From the NCBI GenBank assembly GCA_038867615.1, contig JAWBYA010000001.1:448001-512000 (forward strand): a stretch of 64,000 nt of DNA, written 5' to 3'. The first letter of the stretch is position 1; each line of letters opens with the position of its first letter. Positions 10,291 to 21,127 of the stretch are shown piece after piece. The DNA is from Sulfolobales archaeon. Lineage in GTDB: Archaea; Thermoproteota; Thermoprotei_A; Sulfolobales; AG1. The translations under genes were made by a program, and so were the position numbers. The notes beneath the pieces were generated by a model, which worked only from the letters and a program-made list of their open reading frames with translations, did no database searches and was not told the DNA's origin.

Positions 10291-11148
10291 TTAGTATGTT
10301 TGTCTAGTTAGCCTTGACATTATTAGTCTTCCTATGCGTGAGTCTTGTGTCTTATTAAATATGTGGGCGAGGGTTGTTCTTGTAAGTGGGTCTTCTCGGA
10401 ATTTGTGTATCATGTTTATGAGCCAGAGTGGGGGTGGGAGTTTGTATGGTGTTTCGAGGGCTCCTCTCTCGATCATGTGATTTATTTTTATGGAGAGCTT
10501 GAGTGCTGATTTGCATTTTAGCTCTTCTGCAAGTTTAAGGCTTTTAGCGCTTATCCAGCTCTTGGTTGTGATGTAATCGTTTAGCGTGTAGATCTGCTCC
10601 TTATATATGGCGTGGGATGCTGTGACGAGGGCTTCGGCGTATTTTTCGAGAACTCTTGCCTCGACGCCGCTGAATTCCGCGATCCCGGTGTGGTCTAAGA
10701 GCTTCTGGCCGTCGATGAAGATAATGCCCCCAACACTGGGTTGCGTATATAGGTCTATCATCGAGCCCCCCTTAGCTAGGGTTATGCAGTATGGATCCTT
10801 AACCACAAGCCTATACCCCAGCCCAGCGATGGTTTTAGTTATTTTCTTAGCCTGATCAGCTCTAACCAAAAGATCTATATCTGCTGGAACATAGCTTACA
10901 GGCTTAACAAGCTTGAAGAACGCGTAATCATAACCCCTCAGGATCTTCGACAAGACCCTTATAACCTCAACTACCCTCATCATAGCTCTCTCCTGCGAAG
11001 CTCTCAAAGAGCCCTCGATATTGAGGATCCTGAGTACATGGAGCAAAACCTTATTCCTCGAGGCAAACTCCACCAACATCACTGGATCTATATCTAGGCT
11101 ATGTCCCCTACCATCTAGAACATCGATTATCCTCTTAGTAAGAGTCAC
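10291..11148 (-). CDS. Uncharacterised nucleotidyltransferase (NTP_transf_5-like, Pol-beta fold)
   Basis: FFK...PADIDLLV...IDLY motif pattern. Confidence 0.7.
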   Translation of the reverse strand: MTLTKRIIDVLDGRGHSLDIDPVMLVEFASRNKVLLHVLRILNIEGSLRASQERAMMRVVEVIRVLSKILRGYDYAFFKLVKPVSYVPADIDLLVRADQAKKITKTIAGLGYRLVVKDPYCITLAKGGSMIDLYTQPSVGGIIFIDGQKLLDHTGIAEFSGVEARVLEKYAEALVTASHAIYKEQIYTLNDYITTKSWISAKSLKLAEELKCKSALKLSIKINHMIERGALETPYKLPPPLWLINMIHKFREDPLTRTTLAHIFNKTQDSRIGRLIMSRLTRQTY

Positions 11149-11187
11149 GGCATCTATCCCCCATTGTTAAACCTCCAGCCAGTATAC

Positions 11188-11823
11188 CTAACGCCTAAGC
11201 CTTATCCGGCGTTGAAGATAGCTCCAGAGCTCTGCTAGAGACTCCTCAACACTCCTGCCAGTCGTGTCAAGCTTAAAAGCGTTTAATTGCTTAGCCATTA
11301 TATCGTATAGCCTTAGCTGTCTCAAGATCTTGTTGCGACCCACATCATTCTTCCTCCTTAAGAGCTCCTCAGGCTCAGCTGCCACATAAACCATTATCTC
11401 AGCTCTTGATGCCAGCCCTAAGAGAAATCTTGCAGCAATAGAGTTCACGTAACGGGGATCCCTGGTGGTTAGCGCAACCCACACTATAAAGTCCGGAATA
11501 TATCTCTCAGCTATCACAGTATAGCCTAGAATGCTTGGAACAAGAAACTTAGCGAGAAGAACCGGTAACATGGATACGAATTCTATGAATTGCCACATCT
11601 TCTTAAGCCTCCTAGGGATGCGTATCCCATAGTATGGGTTATCAGAACCCCTAAACACGCTAAACCGTGACAGAAACTTGGCAAGCAGAGAGGCTGAAGT
11701 ATGTGTCCCCCTCATCCACGAAACCCTAACCCTGAAATTTTCGTTGTTTAGCCTTTTGGCTAAGATCTTAGCTAACGTGCTCTTGCCAGAGCCGTCTGGC
11801 CCAAAGAAGCAGATTATGGGCAT
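11188..11823 (-). CDS. Thymidylate-kinase-like P-loop kinase
   Basis: FFGPDGSGKST and VIAERY. Confidence 0.8.
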   Translation of the reverse strand: MPIICFFGPDGSGKSTLAKILAKRLNNENFRVRVSWMRGTHTSASLLAKFLSRFSVFRGSDNPYYGIRIPRRLKKMWQFIEFVSMLPVLLAKFLVPSILGYTVIAERYIPDFIVWVALTTRDPRYVNSIAARFLLGLASRAEIMVYVAAEPEELLRRKNDVGRNKILRQLRLYDIMAKQLNAFKLDTTGRSVEESLAELWSYLQRRIRLRR

Positions 11824-11904
11824 TTTATATTAATTAAATTGATTCCGCAATTATCACAAAATACTCATACAGTACTACATTGGGTGTTACTTTTAACTCT
11901 TCGT

Positions 11905-12650
11905 GTGTGAGGGTCAGGATCTACCAACATTACCGCTTTTGCACGTTTCGTATTGTTTGCACTAAATATAAGATAGAGCGGCCTAAATCATCTATCAGAT
12001 AAGGCTTTATTGAGAGCTTGTTAAACAAGAATTTTAGTAAGGAGCCTAAAATTCTTCTCAGCAATATCCTTCTTTTAGCTCTTTTTCCTCTGTAAACGCT
12101 GATCACCTTGAAGCTGTGATATTTTAGAAGAGCAAGGAGTTCACCTAAATAATATTCCTTTTATGTTGAGGATTAAGAGGGTGTGGCAGTAGCGGTGAAC
12201 TATACATTTTATTTGGGGTACTAAGAATCAACCTTCCCCCTCTTTCTAAGACACGTTTGATCTCATTAAGAAAAGCATTATGATCTTCTATATGTTCTAG
12301 CGTCTTGAGGGAAACTACTGTATCAAAGCTATACTCTCCAAAAGGAAGGTGTGTAGCATCCGCGCATACACAGTCAGCACCGTAAACCATTCTCCCATAT
12401 CGGAGGGAATCTACATCCAAATATCCAAATCTACACTCACGACGGCTTTAACAGCACTACTCCTTCTTAGGATACTAGACCCACAGCAAGTGCCTGATGC
12501 AACATCTAATACTATTCCGTAGGCAAACTTAGAGGCAAATAAATATCTTGAAATATGCTCACTAGCTGTCTCGTTGCTACACCATCTGAGCAAGATAAGT
12601 TCTGGGATTTTGGTGTCGGGATCTATAGGATTTTCCGGACTAGGTTAATA
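11905..12650 (-). pseudogene. Class I SAM methyltransferase pseudogene (frameshifted)
   Basis: EHISRYLFA...VLDVASG in one frame, ADATHLPF...LEHI...LILSTPN in another; ends approximate. Confidence 0.75.
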
Positions 12651-12657
12651 AGTTCGG

Positions 12658-13407
12658 TTATTTCGTCTCACCCATTAGTTGTTCCTTTATTAGTTGGTGC
12701 ACTTTTTCTGGGGTTTGCTTACTTGTATTCACGTAGAGTAGACCATTAGATGAAAGCTCTTTTGAAACTTGGAGGAGTAATGTGCGTTGTATATTTATAT
12801 AATCGCCTCTTTCATCGGGACTTCCTCTGCGTTTCCAACGATGCTTTAACTCGCTGTTTTCAGCGTCTAAGAAAATTATCTGTGTGAAGCCTCCTAGCTG
12901 CATGAGCCTTAATAGGAAAATAACGGTGAAAGATCGAGGTCTAAGCGACAATCCTATGGTTCTACTCAAATATAAGTAATCAGATATTGTAGCTGGGATG
13001 TACTCTTCCACAAGTATAGTGTAGCCGAGCTTTAGAGGGATATATATGTTAAAAAGGAACTTCAGAGAGACACTAATAATATCTAATGCTAGCCATAGCC
13101 TGAAGATCCTCCTAAAGATGTGAGGTTTCTCTGCAACAAGAGCTCCTATCGGGTATAGATCTCTTCTCCTAGTAAGCATCTTAGCTAAGAGAATCGTTAG
13201 AATGTAAGCAAAGACGTGTCCCGATTTCAGGAAGGTTACTCTAACTTTAACCCCTCTACGTCTTAGCTCTGAGGCTAAAAGCCGCATATGTGTCGACTTT
13301 CCAGACCCTACAGAGCCGGAAAACACTATTATACGCATGCGAAACACCATTATAGCATACACTCGATCTATGGTGTCTAGTAAACTGCCATAGTGCTTAA
13401 ATAACAC
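12658..13407 (-). CDS. Thymidylate-kinase-like P-loop kinase (second paralogue)
   Basis: FSGSVGSGKST and ILVEEY. True start probably at MRIIVF. Confidence 0.75.
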   Translation of the reverse strand: MLFKHYGSLLDTIDRVYAIMVFRMRIIVFSGSVGSGKSTHMRLLASELRRRGVKVRVTFLKSGHVFAYILTILLAKMLTRRRDLYPIGALVAEKPHIFRRIFRLWLALDIISVSLKFLFNIYIPLKLGYTILVEEYIPATISDYLYLSRTIGLSLRPRSFTVIFLLRLMQLGGFTQIIFLDAENSELKHRWKRRGSPDERGDYINIQRTLLLQVSKELSSNGLLYVNTSKQTPEKVHQLIKEQLMGETK

Positions 13408-13629
13408 TCTTTAATTTTATTACCATAAATGCGCTCCCGGTAACGGAACAAACTTTGTTGTTAACCTTAGGATCTCCATCGTAATACACTATATTCTAGC
13501 TAATGTTATTTGCCTTATTACCTATTATGAGACTAGCAAGTTTAATTGTGAAAATTACGCATTCTAGATAGCTATCTCTTAGCTGTTATAGTTAAACCAC
13601 ATAACCTTCTACTTCCAATAATATTACAT

Positions 13630-14829
13630 TTATGAGAATACCCTTACCAGTTTCGCCTTTATTGATTCTAGATCAAACTTTTTAATCGTTACCTCTCTTA
13701 ATTTTAATCCGACATCTATGAGCTGTTCTTTATTTAGCGAAAGCACGTATTCCACAGGTCTTATAAATTCGTCAACATTGTCCGGCGAGAATAGCATGCC
13801 CTCAGCGAATGTTCCCTCAACGATCTCTGGCACACCACCTACCTTTGAGGCTATTGGCAGGGTTCCCATGACCATTGACTCTATGATAGCATAAGGTAGG
13901 GGTTCTTCTGATATTGAGGGGAATAATAGAGCCCATAGGTTCTCATGTAATTTGAGATAGTCCTGGTGGCTTAGTCTTTCCATGATTATGAGTTTTGAGG
14001 TCTTTTTCTGTATTTTCTTAAGGGCTTGTAATTCTCGCTTTCTAAATGGCCTGCTACCTGAGATTACATATAAGGTTGCTCTGGTTTCCCTCAGGATCCT
14101 GGGTGTCGCATTTAAAAGGATGCGAAACCCCTTAACATAGCTTGCTCCGCCGATATATGCTAACTGGGGCTTCTCTGATGGCTTCTTATCTATGTTGGGG
14201 ATCTGGGGGAGGGGGTTGTATATGACGTGGGCTTTCTTCATGATGTCTCCTAAATGTTGCCTTAGTATTTCAAGCTGTGCTTTGGAGACTGTGATAATCT
14301 TGTCTGAGTAGTATAGTGCTAAAGTGTTTATAAAATTCAGAGGGCTTATGAGGCCTGTGAGCAACGCTCTTACAAGGCTTCTGTTTTCTAAGTATTCTAT
14401 CATAGCCTGGGATGCTGGAGTGATCCTAGAGCCTCTCATATATATTGAGGTGTAGCTTATAGGCTGGTAGTTGTGGAGGTGAACGATAACCTTAACTTTA
14501 GGGTTAAGCCTCTTAGCCGTTATAGCTAAGGGTAATAGTGTGTGGGATGGTATATAGACAACCTGGGAGCTTTCCACTATTTTTCTGAAAGCCTTAAAGC
14601 TGAAGAATAGCCTGAACCACTCGAAGGGTTTAAAAGGAGTCCTTAATAGAGAATAATAGATATACTTGCACACTCTAAGAATATCCTGGCTTGGATCTTC
14701 AGTCCCTGAGATTATAGTAACGTCAAAGTACTCGGGGAGCATCTTAATTATGAGATATGTAGCTAGCTCGCCACCACCTCCTTCAGGCCAGAAAAGCTTA
14801 GAGAAAACCGTAATCCTGGGTTTCACCAT
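13630..14829 (-). CDS. Glycosyltransferase family 4
   Basis: WPEGGGGE and PSISEEPLPYAIIESM (EX7E). Confidence 0.9.
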   Translation of the reverse strand: MVKPRITVFSKLFWPEGGGGELATYLIIKMLPEYFDVTIISGTEDPSQDILRVCKYIYYSLLRTPFKPFEWFRLFFSFKAFRKIVESSQVVYIPSHTLLPLAITAKRLNPKVKVIVHLHNYQPISYTSIYMRGSRITPASQAMIEYLENRSLVRALLTGLISPLNFINTLALYYSDKIITVSKAQLEILRQHLGDIMKKAHVIYNPLPQIPNIDKKPSEKPQLAYIGGASYVKGFRILLNATPRILRETRATLYVISGSRPFRKRELQALKKIQKKTSKLIIMERLSHQDYLKLHENLWALLFPSISEEPLPYAIIESMVMGTLPIASKVGGVPEIVEGTFAEGMLFSPDNVDEFIRPVEYVLSLNKEQLIDVGLKLREVTIKKFDLESIKAKLVRVFS

Positions 14830-14886
14830 CTTTAGACCCGTTTCAAGAACTTCTTAGTGAGATTGCATTTAAATTTCTATATGTGG

Positions 14887-15903
14887 TTAGATGAACATCC
14901 TTTTAATGCTGAAGCCGTAACCTTTTAGCCTCTCTATTAGTGTGGGTTTATAGCTTGCCATCGCTATAGTACAATTTCGTGCAAGATCTGTTAATTCTTT
15001 TTTATCAAATATTATAAGGTTTTCCCCTGTGGAGCCTATAACAATATCTTTTCCCTCGGCTATTGATACGTGATAGTTGAAGTTGGGGTCAAACCCTTCT
15101 ATATGAGCTACACACCACGTTTTAAGATCCTTGGATACCAGGAAGGCTTGCGGAGCGCCTAATGCCGCCATCCAGATACCGTTATCAAGGAGCTTTAGCT
15201 CACTTATCTGGGCAAAACCAACATTAGCATCATACCATCTAAGAAAGATGAAATCCCAGCGACCCTCACCAGGATAGTATATACCTACGCCTCCCCTCAC
15301 AATCCCAGAGTCCATCCCGAACACTATCCTATCCTCCAGCACCTCTATCGGCACGAACTGCCACGGACCTTTGTATAAAGGTTTCCAGGTATTGCCGAGA
15401 TCCTCAGAGTAAGCAGCTCTAGTTAAACATCCATCACCCAGAGTCGTGATCAGCCATCTTCTGTAAGCGTCGTAAGCTATACTGTGAAAATGTTTCGAGG
15501 ATCGATCGATTTCCATGTTCGTTATAAGCCTTTTCCAATCCTCTAGATCCTCAGATACGTATATGCCTGTAGGAGCCTCGCCGTATTCGTGTACAAATAT
15601 CCTACCCTCAGCCTTGATAGCATGCCAAAAGAAGTTCTTTGGATTAGAAGCTTTTAATACCAATTTACCTTTATGTTCCTCCATTAAGTAAAGGTTATTG
15701 TCTACAGAGACAAGGTATCTATCTCCAATTCCTAGTATAAAGCCTATGGATCCATTAAACCTTGCCAGGTCGATTACCTTTCCTAGATCGATATCAAGGT
15801 AACTTAAAGTTAAACTTCCATTTCTCATAGTCAAAGCTATAGGCTCGTCATTAATAACGTTCACACTTAAAGCGTTTAAACTGAGTATCTTCATGCTACT
15901 CAA
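14887..15903 (-). CDS. Beta-propeller protein with BNR/Asp-box repeats
   Basis: SEDLEDW, SEDLGNTW and SKDLKTW Asp-box-like repeats; EYG and HFH motifs. Confidence 0.6.
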   Translation of the reverse strand: MSSMKILSLNALSVNVINDEPIALTMRNGSLTLSYLDIDLGKVIDLARFNGSIGFILGIGDRYLVSVDNNLYLMEEHKGKLVLKASNPKNFFWHAIKAEGRIFVHEYGEAPTGIYVSEDLEDWKRLITNMEIDRSSKHFHSIAYDAYRRWLITTLGDGCLTRAAYSEDLGNTWKPLYKGPWQFVPIEVLEDRIVFGMDSGIVRGGVGIYYPGEGRWDFIFLRWYDANVGFAQISELKLLDNGIWMAALGAPQAFLVSKDLKTWCVAHIEGFDPNFNYHVSIAEGKDIVIGSTGENLIIFDKKELTDLARNCTIAMASYKPTLIERLKGYGFSIKRMFI

Positions 15904-16255
15904 AGACGAATACGTAATTTCTTTTCATAATTATGATTATATATTCATGTTCATGATTCTAATTTATATGAGATAGCCCTAAAAGGTAACTTTTTAGTTT
16001 TATTAATCAAATGTCTAACAAGGGCCTCTTTACATAGAGAATATGTTACTATCAAATGTGATCTGTTTACTTCGCCAGATAATAGAGAGCCGTACTGGAT
16101 AGAATTCCTTTCTTCAGCTAAAGAAAAATTTAAGAGAGGAGGCAGATTTCTAAACCTTAAAAATATGCCTATTAACAACATTGATGTTAATTGCAGTTAA
16201 TAAGCTTAAAAGCTTGTCAGGCATATTAATTATATTCATAGATCTTCACAGTCGT

Positions 16256-17431
16256 TTATCGTACAACTGACTCTATGGACTCTATGATATGTTTCATAGC
16301 TAACCCACATTTTCTTGCTGAAAAGAAGGAGCTATAGGCTTCTTTAGCGCCCCAAGCAAGATCTTCAAGCAATATGTCATCTTTAAGCAATTTTCTAACT
16401 ATGTTAGGATATTCTAGGTAATTATTTAATATAAATATATGATATAAATGCTTTAACTTATTATGTAACAGCTTAGCAATACTGTTTGTAAGAATAGGTT
16501 TTCCATAAAATAAGGCTTCAAGAAGCCTGTTGCTCACAGATCTAAAAAAGATAGGAATTACAACTAAACGTGCATGCCGGTAAAGCACCCTAAGCTCGTC
16601 ATCTGAAAGACCTCTACCAGCAAACAAAAGATTCTTTGGTAACAACTTTAACCCAAACTTTTTCCTAGCTTCTTCGACAGTTCCACCTGCAATGATAACA
16701 TTGATCTCTGGATATTTTTTTGCAATTAAATATAAGATTCTGAAGAGCATCTGCTCCAGTCTAAATACGCTCCCTGTTTTGCTCATAGTAACAAAACTGA
16801 AGACGTAATCCTCATTTTCAGCTAGCTCTCTTACCCTCGGTGATATATAGCCATCATTGTTATAAAGTGCTGCATAGGTGGGATAAATCACATTTAGCTT
16901 CTTGAATAATGGCAGTCTTCTCAAGAACTTTGCTGTGGAATCATCTAAGACCACTAAAGCTTGAGAGCTCCAGATCTGCATTAAACTATGCAATATGCTA
17001 GGGTAAAAGTTCAGTAGTTCCAAATAATTCTTACCATAAATAATATGGTCGACTAGCTTGTTTGCCCTAATACCCCATACTCGGAGAATTAAAGGTATAT
17101 TAGATTTCCTTGCAATATAGTAGGCTATATAAAATGGTATTGAAGGAGTGACTATAGCAATATCGAAACATTCCTTTTCTATAATGGTTGGAATTAGTTT
17201 TTTAGAAGAAAGTATTGCATGTACCAAAGAAGAAGTGTGTGTAGTTTGTATCATTGGAACTCTTACTACTCCACTATCGATAAAGACGGTCTTTTCCAAT
17301 AATGGTTCATATGTAGTTCCTAGGTGCACATAAAGCACCTCATAGCCTTGCATTATGAGAGAGGCAGCACAACCTAACTCGTGCCTAATCTCACTTCCAA
17401 CGTGAAGAATTCTCAAACGCCTCTTTGCCAT
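16256..17431 (-). CDS. Glycosyltransferase family 4
   Basis: SNRLLEALFYGKPIL C-terminal GT-B motif. Confidence 0.85.
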   Translation of the reverse strand: MAKRRLRILHVGSEIRHELGCAASLIMQGYEVLYVHLGTTYEPLLEKTVFIDSGVVRVPMIQTTHTSSLVHAILSSKKLIPTIIEKECFDIAIVTPSIPFYIAYYIARKSNIPLILRVWGIRANKLVDHIIYGKNYLELLNFYPSILHSLMQIWSSQALVVLDDSTAKFLRRLPLFKKLNVIYPTYAALYNNDGYISPRVRELAENEDYVFSFVTMSKTGSVFRLEQMLFRILYLIAKKYPEINVIIAGGTVEEARKKFGLKLLPKNLLFAGRGLSDDELRVLYRHARLVVIPIFFRSVSNRLLEALFYGKPILTNSIAKLLHNKLKHLYHIFILNNYLEYPNIVRKLLKDDILLEDLAWGAKEAYSSFFSARKCGLAMKHIIESIESVVR

Positions 17432-17443
17432 TATTTTAAAATA

Positions 17444-18688
17444 TTAGTTTTTTTCTTTTGTATTAAAAAGTTTTTTAATCTTTTTAGTTATGTTTAATAA
17501 TGGTTCTAATTTGAGTTCGTAGGCTATTCTAAATAATGAATTTTGAATCACCGAATATCTCAGATTTTTCTCTATTAATTTTGATAAAGTAGCATTCCTT
17601 ATACCTAAAATATTATTTTTATCAGCTAATTGTATCTCTTTCCAGAGTATAAGGTCAATCATATTTAGACGTATGTTACTGAGTCTTCCTTTAATGTTCA
17701 TGTTAAAGAAAGGAAAACCCCAATCGACGGGATTCTGTCCTAGTATCATCAATTCTGCTATAGTACGTAAGCATTTCTCACATAATCCACAGTTGTAAGT
17801 GCCTTTGCTGGCGAAACATACCCTTAATCGAGGTTGAAAGTTAAACTTCTTTGCATAATTTATTAAGTATGAAAGCTTATGAAGACGGGTTTGACTTTCA
17901 CTTCTAACCTCTATTCCACCAAATTTAATACTTTCATAAATCATTTTATAATCGGCCCATGGAAACCATTTAGAAAAAATGTCTGGCAAACCAGCAGCGA
18001 TATAAACTTCTTTAACTCCATTTATAAAAGCAACTGGTATAATTAAAGCTACTGTTGCTATCGAAGAAGCTAAGCCTCCCCAAAAATCGTTGTACCTTAA
18101 ACGAGTAAATGAAAAAATGTCGAGTTTCTCCATAGCAAAAGGGCTTACAAATGTTACTAAGTTCCAAGAAAGATTAAAAACTTTACATATTTGAGTAATA
18201 TAATTAATGGTTTCATGGATTTTCCTTAAATCAAACAACTCTATATCTGTTCCCCAAATAATCGTCAGAATAGGTCTTTTTGATTCAGAGAGTAACTTAA
18301 ATAATAGGTAGGTGCTATAAACTCCCCCACTAAAGGCTAAAAGAGCACCTGTTCTCGTAGCCGCAGAATTGCTTTCTTCCTGCTTTACATCAATGATATC
18401 ATTATCATAAGGAAGACTTGGATACATTAAATGAAAGATTTTCGCGAGTCTTTGAAGACTATATAAAAAATCTCTATCTAAAACATCAACACTTATTCCC
18501 TCCCCAGAAAGGAGAGCCAACGGAAAGAGAATACCAACTCCTACAGCATTTACTAAACTCTTAGGGATGTCTTCAACGTTCAAATCATATTTGACGAAGA
18601 AATGCGTTCTTAGGAAATTCTTAGTTTTGCCGTCGGGAATTATCTCAAGAAAAAAATTATTCTTTTTAACTTCTGTGAGTACCTTCAT
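17444..18688 (-). CDS. PP-loop (HUP) protein with QueC-like Cys cluster
   Basis: AFSGGVYS and LRVC...NCGLCEKCLRT. Confidence 0.6.
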   Translation of the reverse strand: MKVLTEVKKNNFFLEIIPDGKTKNFLRTHFFVKYDLNVEDIPKSLVNAVGVGILFPLALLSGEGISVDVLDRDFLYSLQRLAKIFHLMYPSLPYDNDIIDVKQEESNSAATRTGALLAFSGGVYSTYLLFKLLSESKRPILTIIWGTDIELFDLRKIHETINYITQICKVFNLSWNLVTFVSPFAMEKLDIFSFTRLRYNDFWGGLASSIATVALIIPVAFINGVKEVYIAAGLPDIFSKWFPWADYKMIYESIKFGGIEVRSESQTRLHKLSYLINYAKKFNFQPRLRVCFASKGTYNCGLCEKCLRTIAELMILGQNPVDWGFPFFNMNIKGRLSNIRLNMIDLILWKEIQLADKNNILGIRNATLSKLIEKNLRYSVIQNSLFRIAYELKLEPLLNITKKIKKLFNTKEKN

Positions 18689-19791
18689 TTTAATCTTAAA
18701 TCTATAGATTCTTTAAAAGGTATTCCTAGGAGCCTTAAACCAATTAATTTAATATAATAATAGTCATCCACAATAATAGGTATAAGATCTCCCCTCATTA
18801 CGTAACCCAAAATGTTGAAGTGAAAACTCATTCCAATAAAAGTTCTCGCCTTAATATTCATTAATAAATCTTCGTAGGTCTCAGCTCTTACAACTTCTAT
18901 ATGATTAGCCGGAAAACCTTTATTCCGTATGAACTCTAAAAACCTTCGGATGTGACTTTCTTCTTGAAGATCCATGGTAATGATTTGAATAAAATCTGGT
19001 TTTAGATCAGCAATCTTATTCCATACTGCTTCATAATACTCTTTTTCCAACTCTTCCTTCCACGGACGTATATGAACAGCAATAATTCTTTCTGAAGGTC
19101 TAAGATTATAATTATTATTAATGATAAATTTAAATAAATTTAAATATCCCCAGTCTTTAGCTAAACGAATTTTTGCTTGATCGACGTAAAGATCTTTAGC
19201 TATGGCTAAACTCACCGGCTCTCTCACATAGATTAAATTTATTATTTTAAATAATAATTTAAGAGTCGCTTTAAATTTTCTAGTTATTATCGGTCCTATG
19301 GAGGACGGCCCTAATATTACTTTAATCCTGTGAAGTTTAGCAATTATAGAAAGCATTAGTAAGGGAATTAAAGTGCTTCTCCACCAGTTTTCATTGAGAT
19401 ATCCACCTCCAGAGAACACTAATACATCAGCTTTACGGATCGAGGCTACTAAATTTGCTTTAGGATTTTTCAATCTAGTTAATATAGATAAAGGCAGTAT
19501 TGATATACTAAGAAAACTTATAATATTTAAAAGCACTTCAAGTTTCCTTAGCAATTTTCTTTTGAAACGCTTAGGTCGACATATATCTATAACATCCGGG
19601 ATAACTATGACTTCTTCAAGTTTACCCTTTAATTTCGGATATATGTATTTTTTAAAGTTTCCATAGTCTGGCGCGATTATCGTTAAATAGCCGATCTTAG
19701 AGAAGAATTCTATCGCAAACAAGTCTATCGCTTTATCGCCTAGGTTTGTATATTCTGAATCTAAACGCAAGACTATATTGTATTTTGACAT
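18685..19791 (-). CDS. Polysaccharide pyruvyltransferase family protein
   Basis: NLGDKAI, SGGGY, SIGP, VREPVS and MSFH motifs. Confidence 0.85.
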   Translation of the reverse strand: MSKYNIVLRLDSEYTNLGDKAIDLFAIEFFSKIGYLTIIAPDYGNFKKYIYPKLKGKLEEVIVIPDVIDICRPKRFKRKLLRKLEVLLNIISFLSISILPLSILTRLKNPKANLVASIRKADVLVFSGGGYLNENWWRSTLIPLLMLSIIAKLHRIKVILGPSSIGPIITRKFKATLKLLFKIINLIYVREPVSLAIAKDLYVDQAKIRLAKDWGYLNLFKFIINNNYNLRPSERIIAVHIRPWKEELEKEYYEAVWNKIADLKPDFIQIITMDLQEESHIRRFLEFIRNKGFPANHIEVVRAETYEDLLMNIKARTFIGMSFHFNILGYVMRGDLIPIIVDDYYYIKLIGLRLLGIPFKESIDLRLK

Positions 19792-19794
19792 AGT

Positions 19795-21051
19795 TTAGTG
19801 TCTATAACCTCGCAGAGAATCTCTTATGATCGTAATATATATGCTTCTCTCCTTTCTCAGTATAGCGTCCCAAGTTAAACCTCTAACATGCGACTTAGCA
19901 ATCTCGTTTAAGGTCTCAAGCGCAACAGTATCCTCTAATAGATCTATCACTTTTCGAGCGAACTCCTCTATATTACCTTTAGGAATAGAGATTACCGCCC
20001 TACACTTTTTAAAGAAGGGATCTTTAAATGCAGAGATATCATAGACTATAACAGGTAATCCCATAGCTAAAGCTTCCACAATCGTAATAGGGAAAGCTTC
20101 ATGCTTACTCGGAAATATAAAGACTTTTGATCTGGCAAGAAGTTGAATTTTCTCCTCCTCATTTACAGACCCCATTAATAAAATATTTTCATGCAAGCTA
20201 TACTCTCTTATTCTACCAAGTATTTTATCTTTCATGTGCTTTGGAATTATTCCACACGTTACTAGCTTCGCATTAGGCTTAACTCGAACGACATGCTTCC
20301 ATATTTCTATTAGATCTAAAATTCCCTTTCGCTCGTCATGTACACCGATAAAGATGCCGTCATATATCTTCACTTCTTTGTAATCCTTCATAATCATATC
20401 CGAAACACCATTATAATTCACAAAGATAGGCTTTTTCGTATTTACCAAGTTAAGAAATTCAGCCTTAGTCAACGCGCTAACAGCTATCAGATAACATCTT
20501 TTTAAAATAATTAGAAAGATAAAAGCAATTAAAGTATTAAAAATTGCTTTTAATATTCTATACTTGCTTTTAATATACCTGTAGAGCGATTTAATGCTAG
20601 ATCCTCGCGATTCTAATAGCCATTTTGGAATCAGCTGTATTGTAACCACGCAAGGTCTACGCAAAATTACACTTACCAAATAGCCGTATAACACCCAAGA
20701 AGATAGCACATCAGGTACAAGGATAATATCTGGATAGTGTTTAGCACGACGAATCTCAATAGTTTTTTTAAAAATTTTAAAGAAGTTTATAATAAGGAAG
20801 GGTATTCTTTCTTCGTTGTATCCTTTACCGTAACCTTTAACTGGGTATGCTTGATAACGCGGTAAATTATAACCGAGAGTTCTTTGTATGAATCCCCTCA
20901 ATCGAGCTATAGAAGTAAATTCTATTGTCATATAGTTTATTCCCGTTTCTTTTCCTCTAATTAAAAGCTCAAAAATTCTTCTATAGTTTCCGGAGAAAAT
21001 ATCTGGCGTAAAATGGGGCATGATCATTAAAACATTAATATCTCTTTTCAA
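19795..21051 (-). CDS. Glycosyltransferase family 4
   Basis: ERKG and PSKHEAFPITIVEALAMGLP. Confidence 0.9.
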   Translation of the reverse strand: MKRDINVLMIMPHFTPDIFSGNYRRIFELLIRGKETGINYMTIEFTSIARLRGFIQRTLGYNLPRYQAYPVKGYGKGYNEERIPFLIINFFKIFKKTIEIRRAKHYPDIILVPDVLSSWVLYGYLVSVILRRPCVVTIQLIPKWLLESRGSSIKSLYRYIKSKYRILKAIFNTLIAFIFLIILKRCYLIAVSALTKAEFLNLVNTKKPIFVNYNGVSDMIMKDYKEVKIYDGIFIGVHDERKGILDLIEIWKHVVRVKPNAKLVTCGIIPKHMKDKILGRIREYSLHENILLMGSVNEEEKIQLLARSKVFIFPSKHEAFPITIVEALAMGLPVIVYDISAFKDPFFKKCRAVISIPKGNIEEFARKVIDLLEDTVALETLNEIAKSHVRGLTWDAILRKERSIYITIIRDSLRGYRH

Positions 21052-21127
21052 CTTGTTGCATCCTCAGCTATTGATTTTATTTACGTCTTTTGCTTAAGTT
21101 ATGCTCAACTTTAAATATAGCTGTTAG

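Noticed and set aside
15951-16181. 76-aa ORF with IQYGS, reminiscent of an asparagine-synthase C-terminus
   Set aside because: Single short motif; insufficient support.
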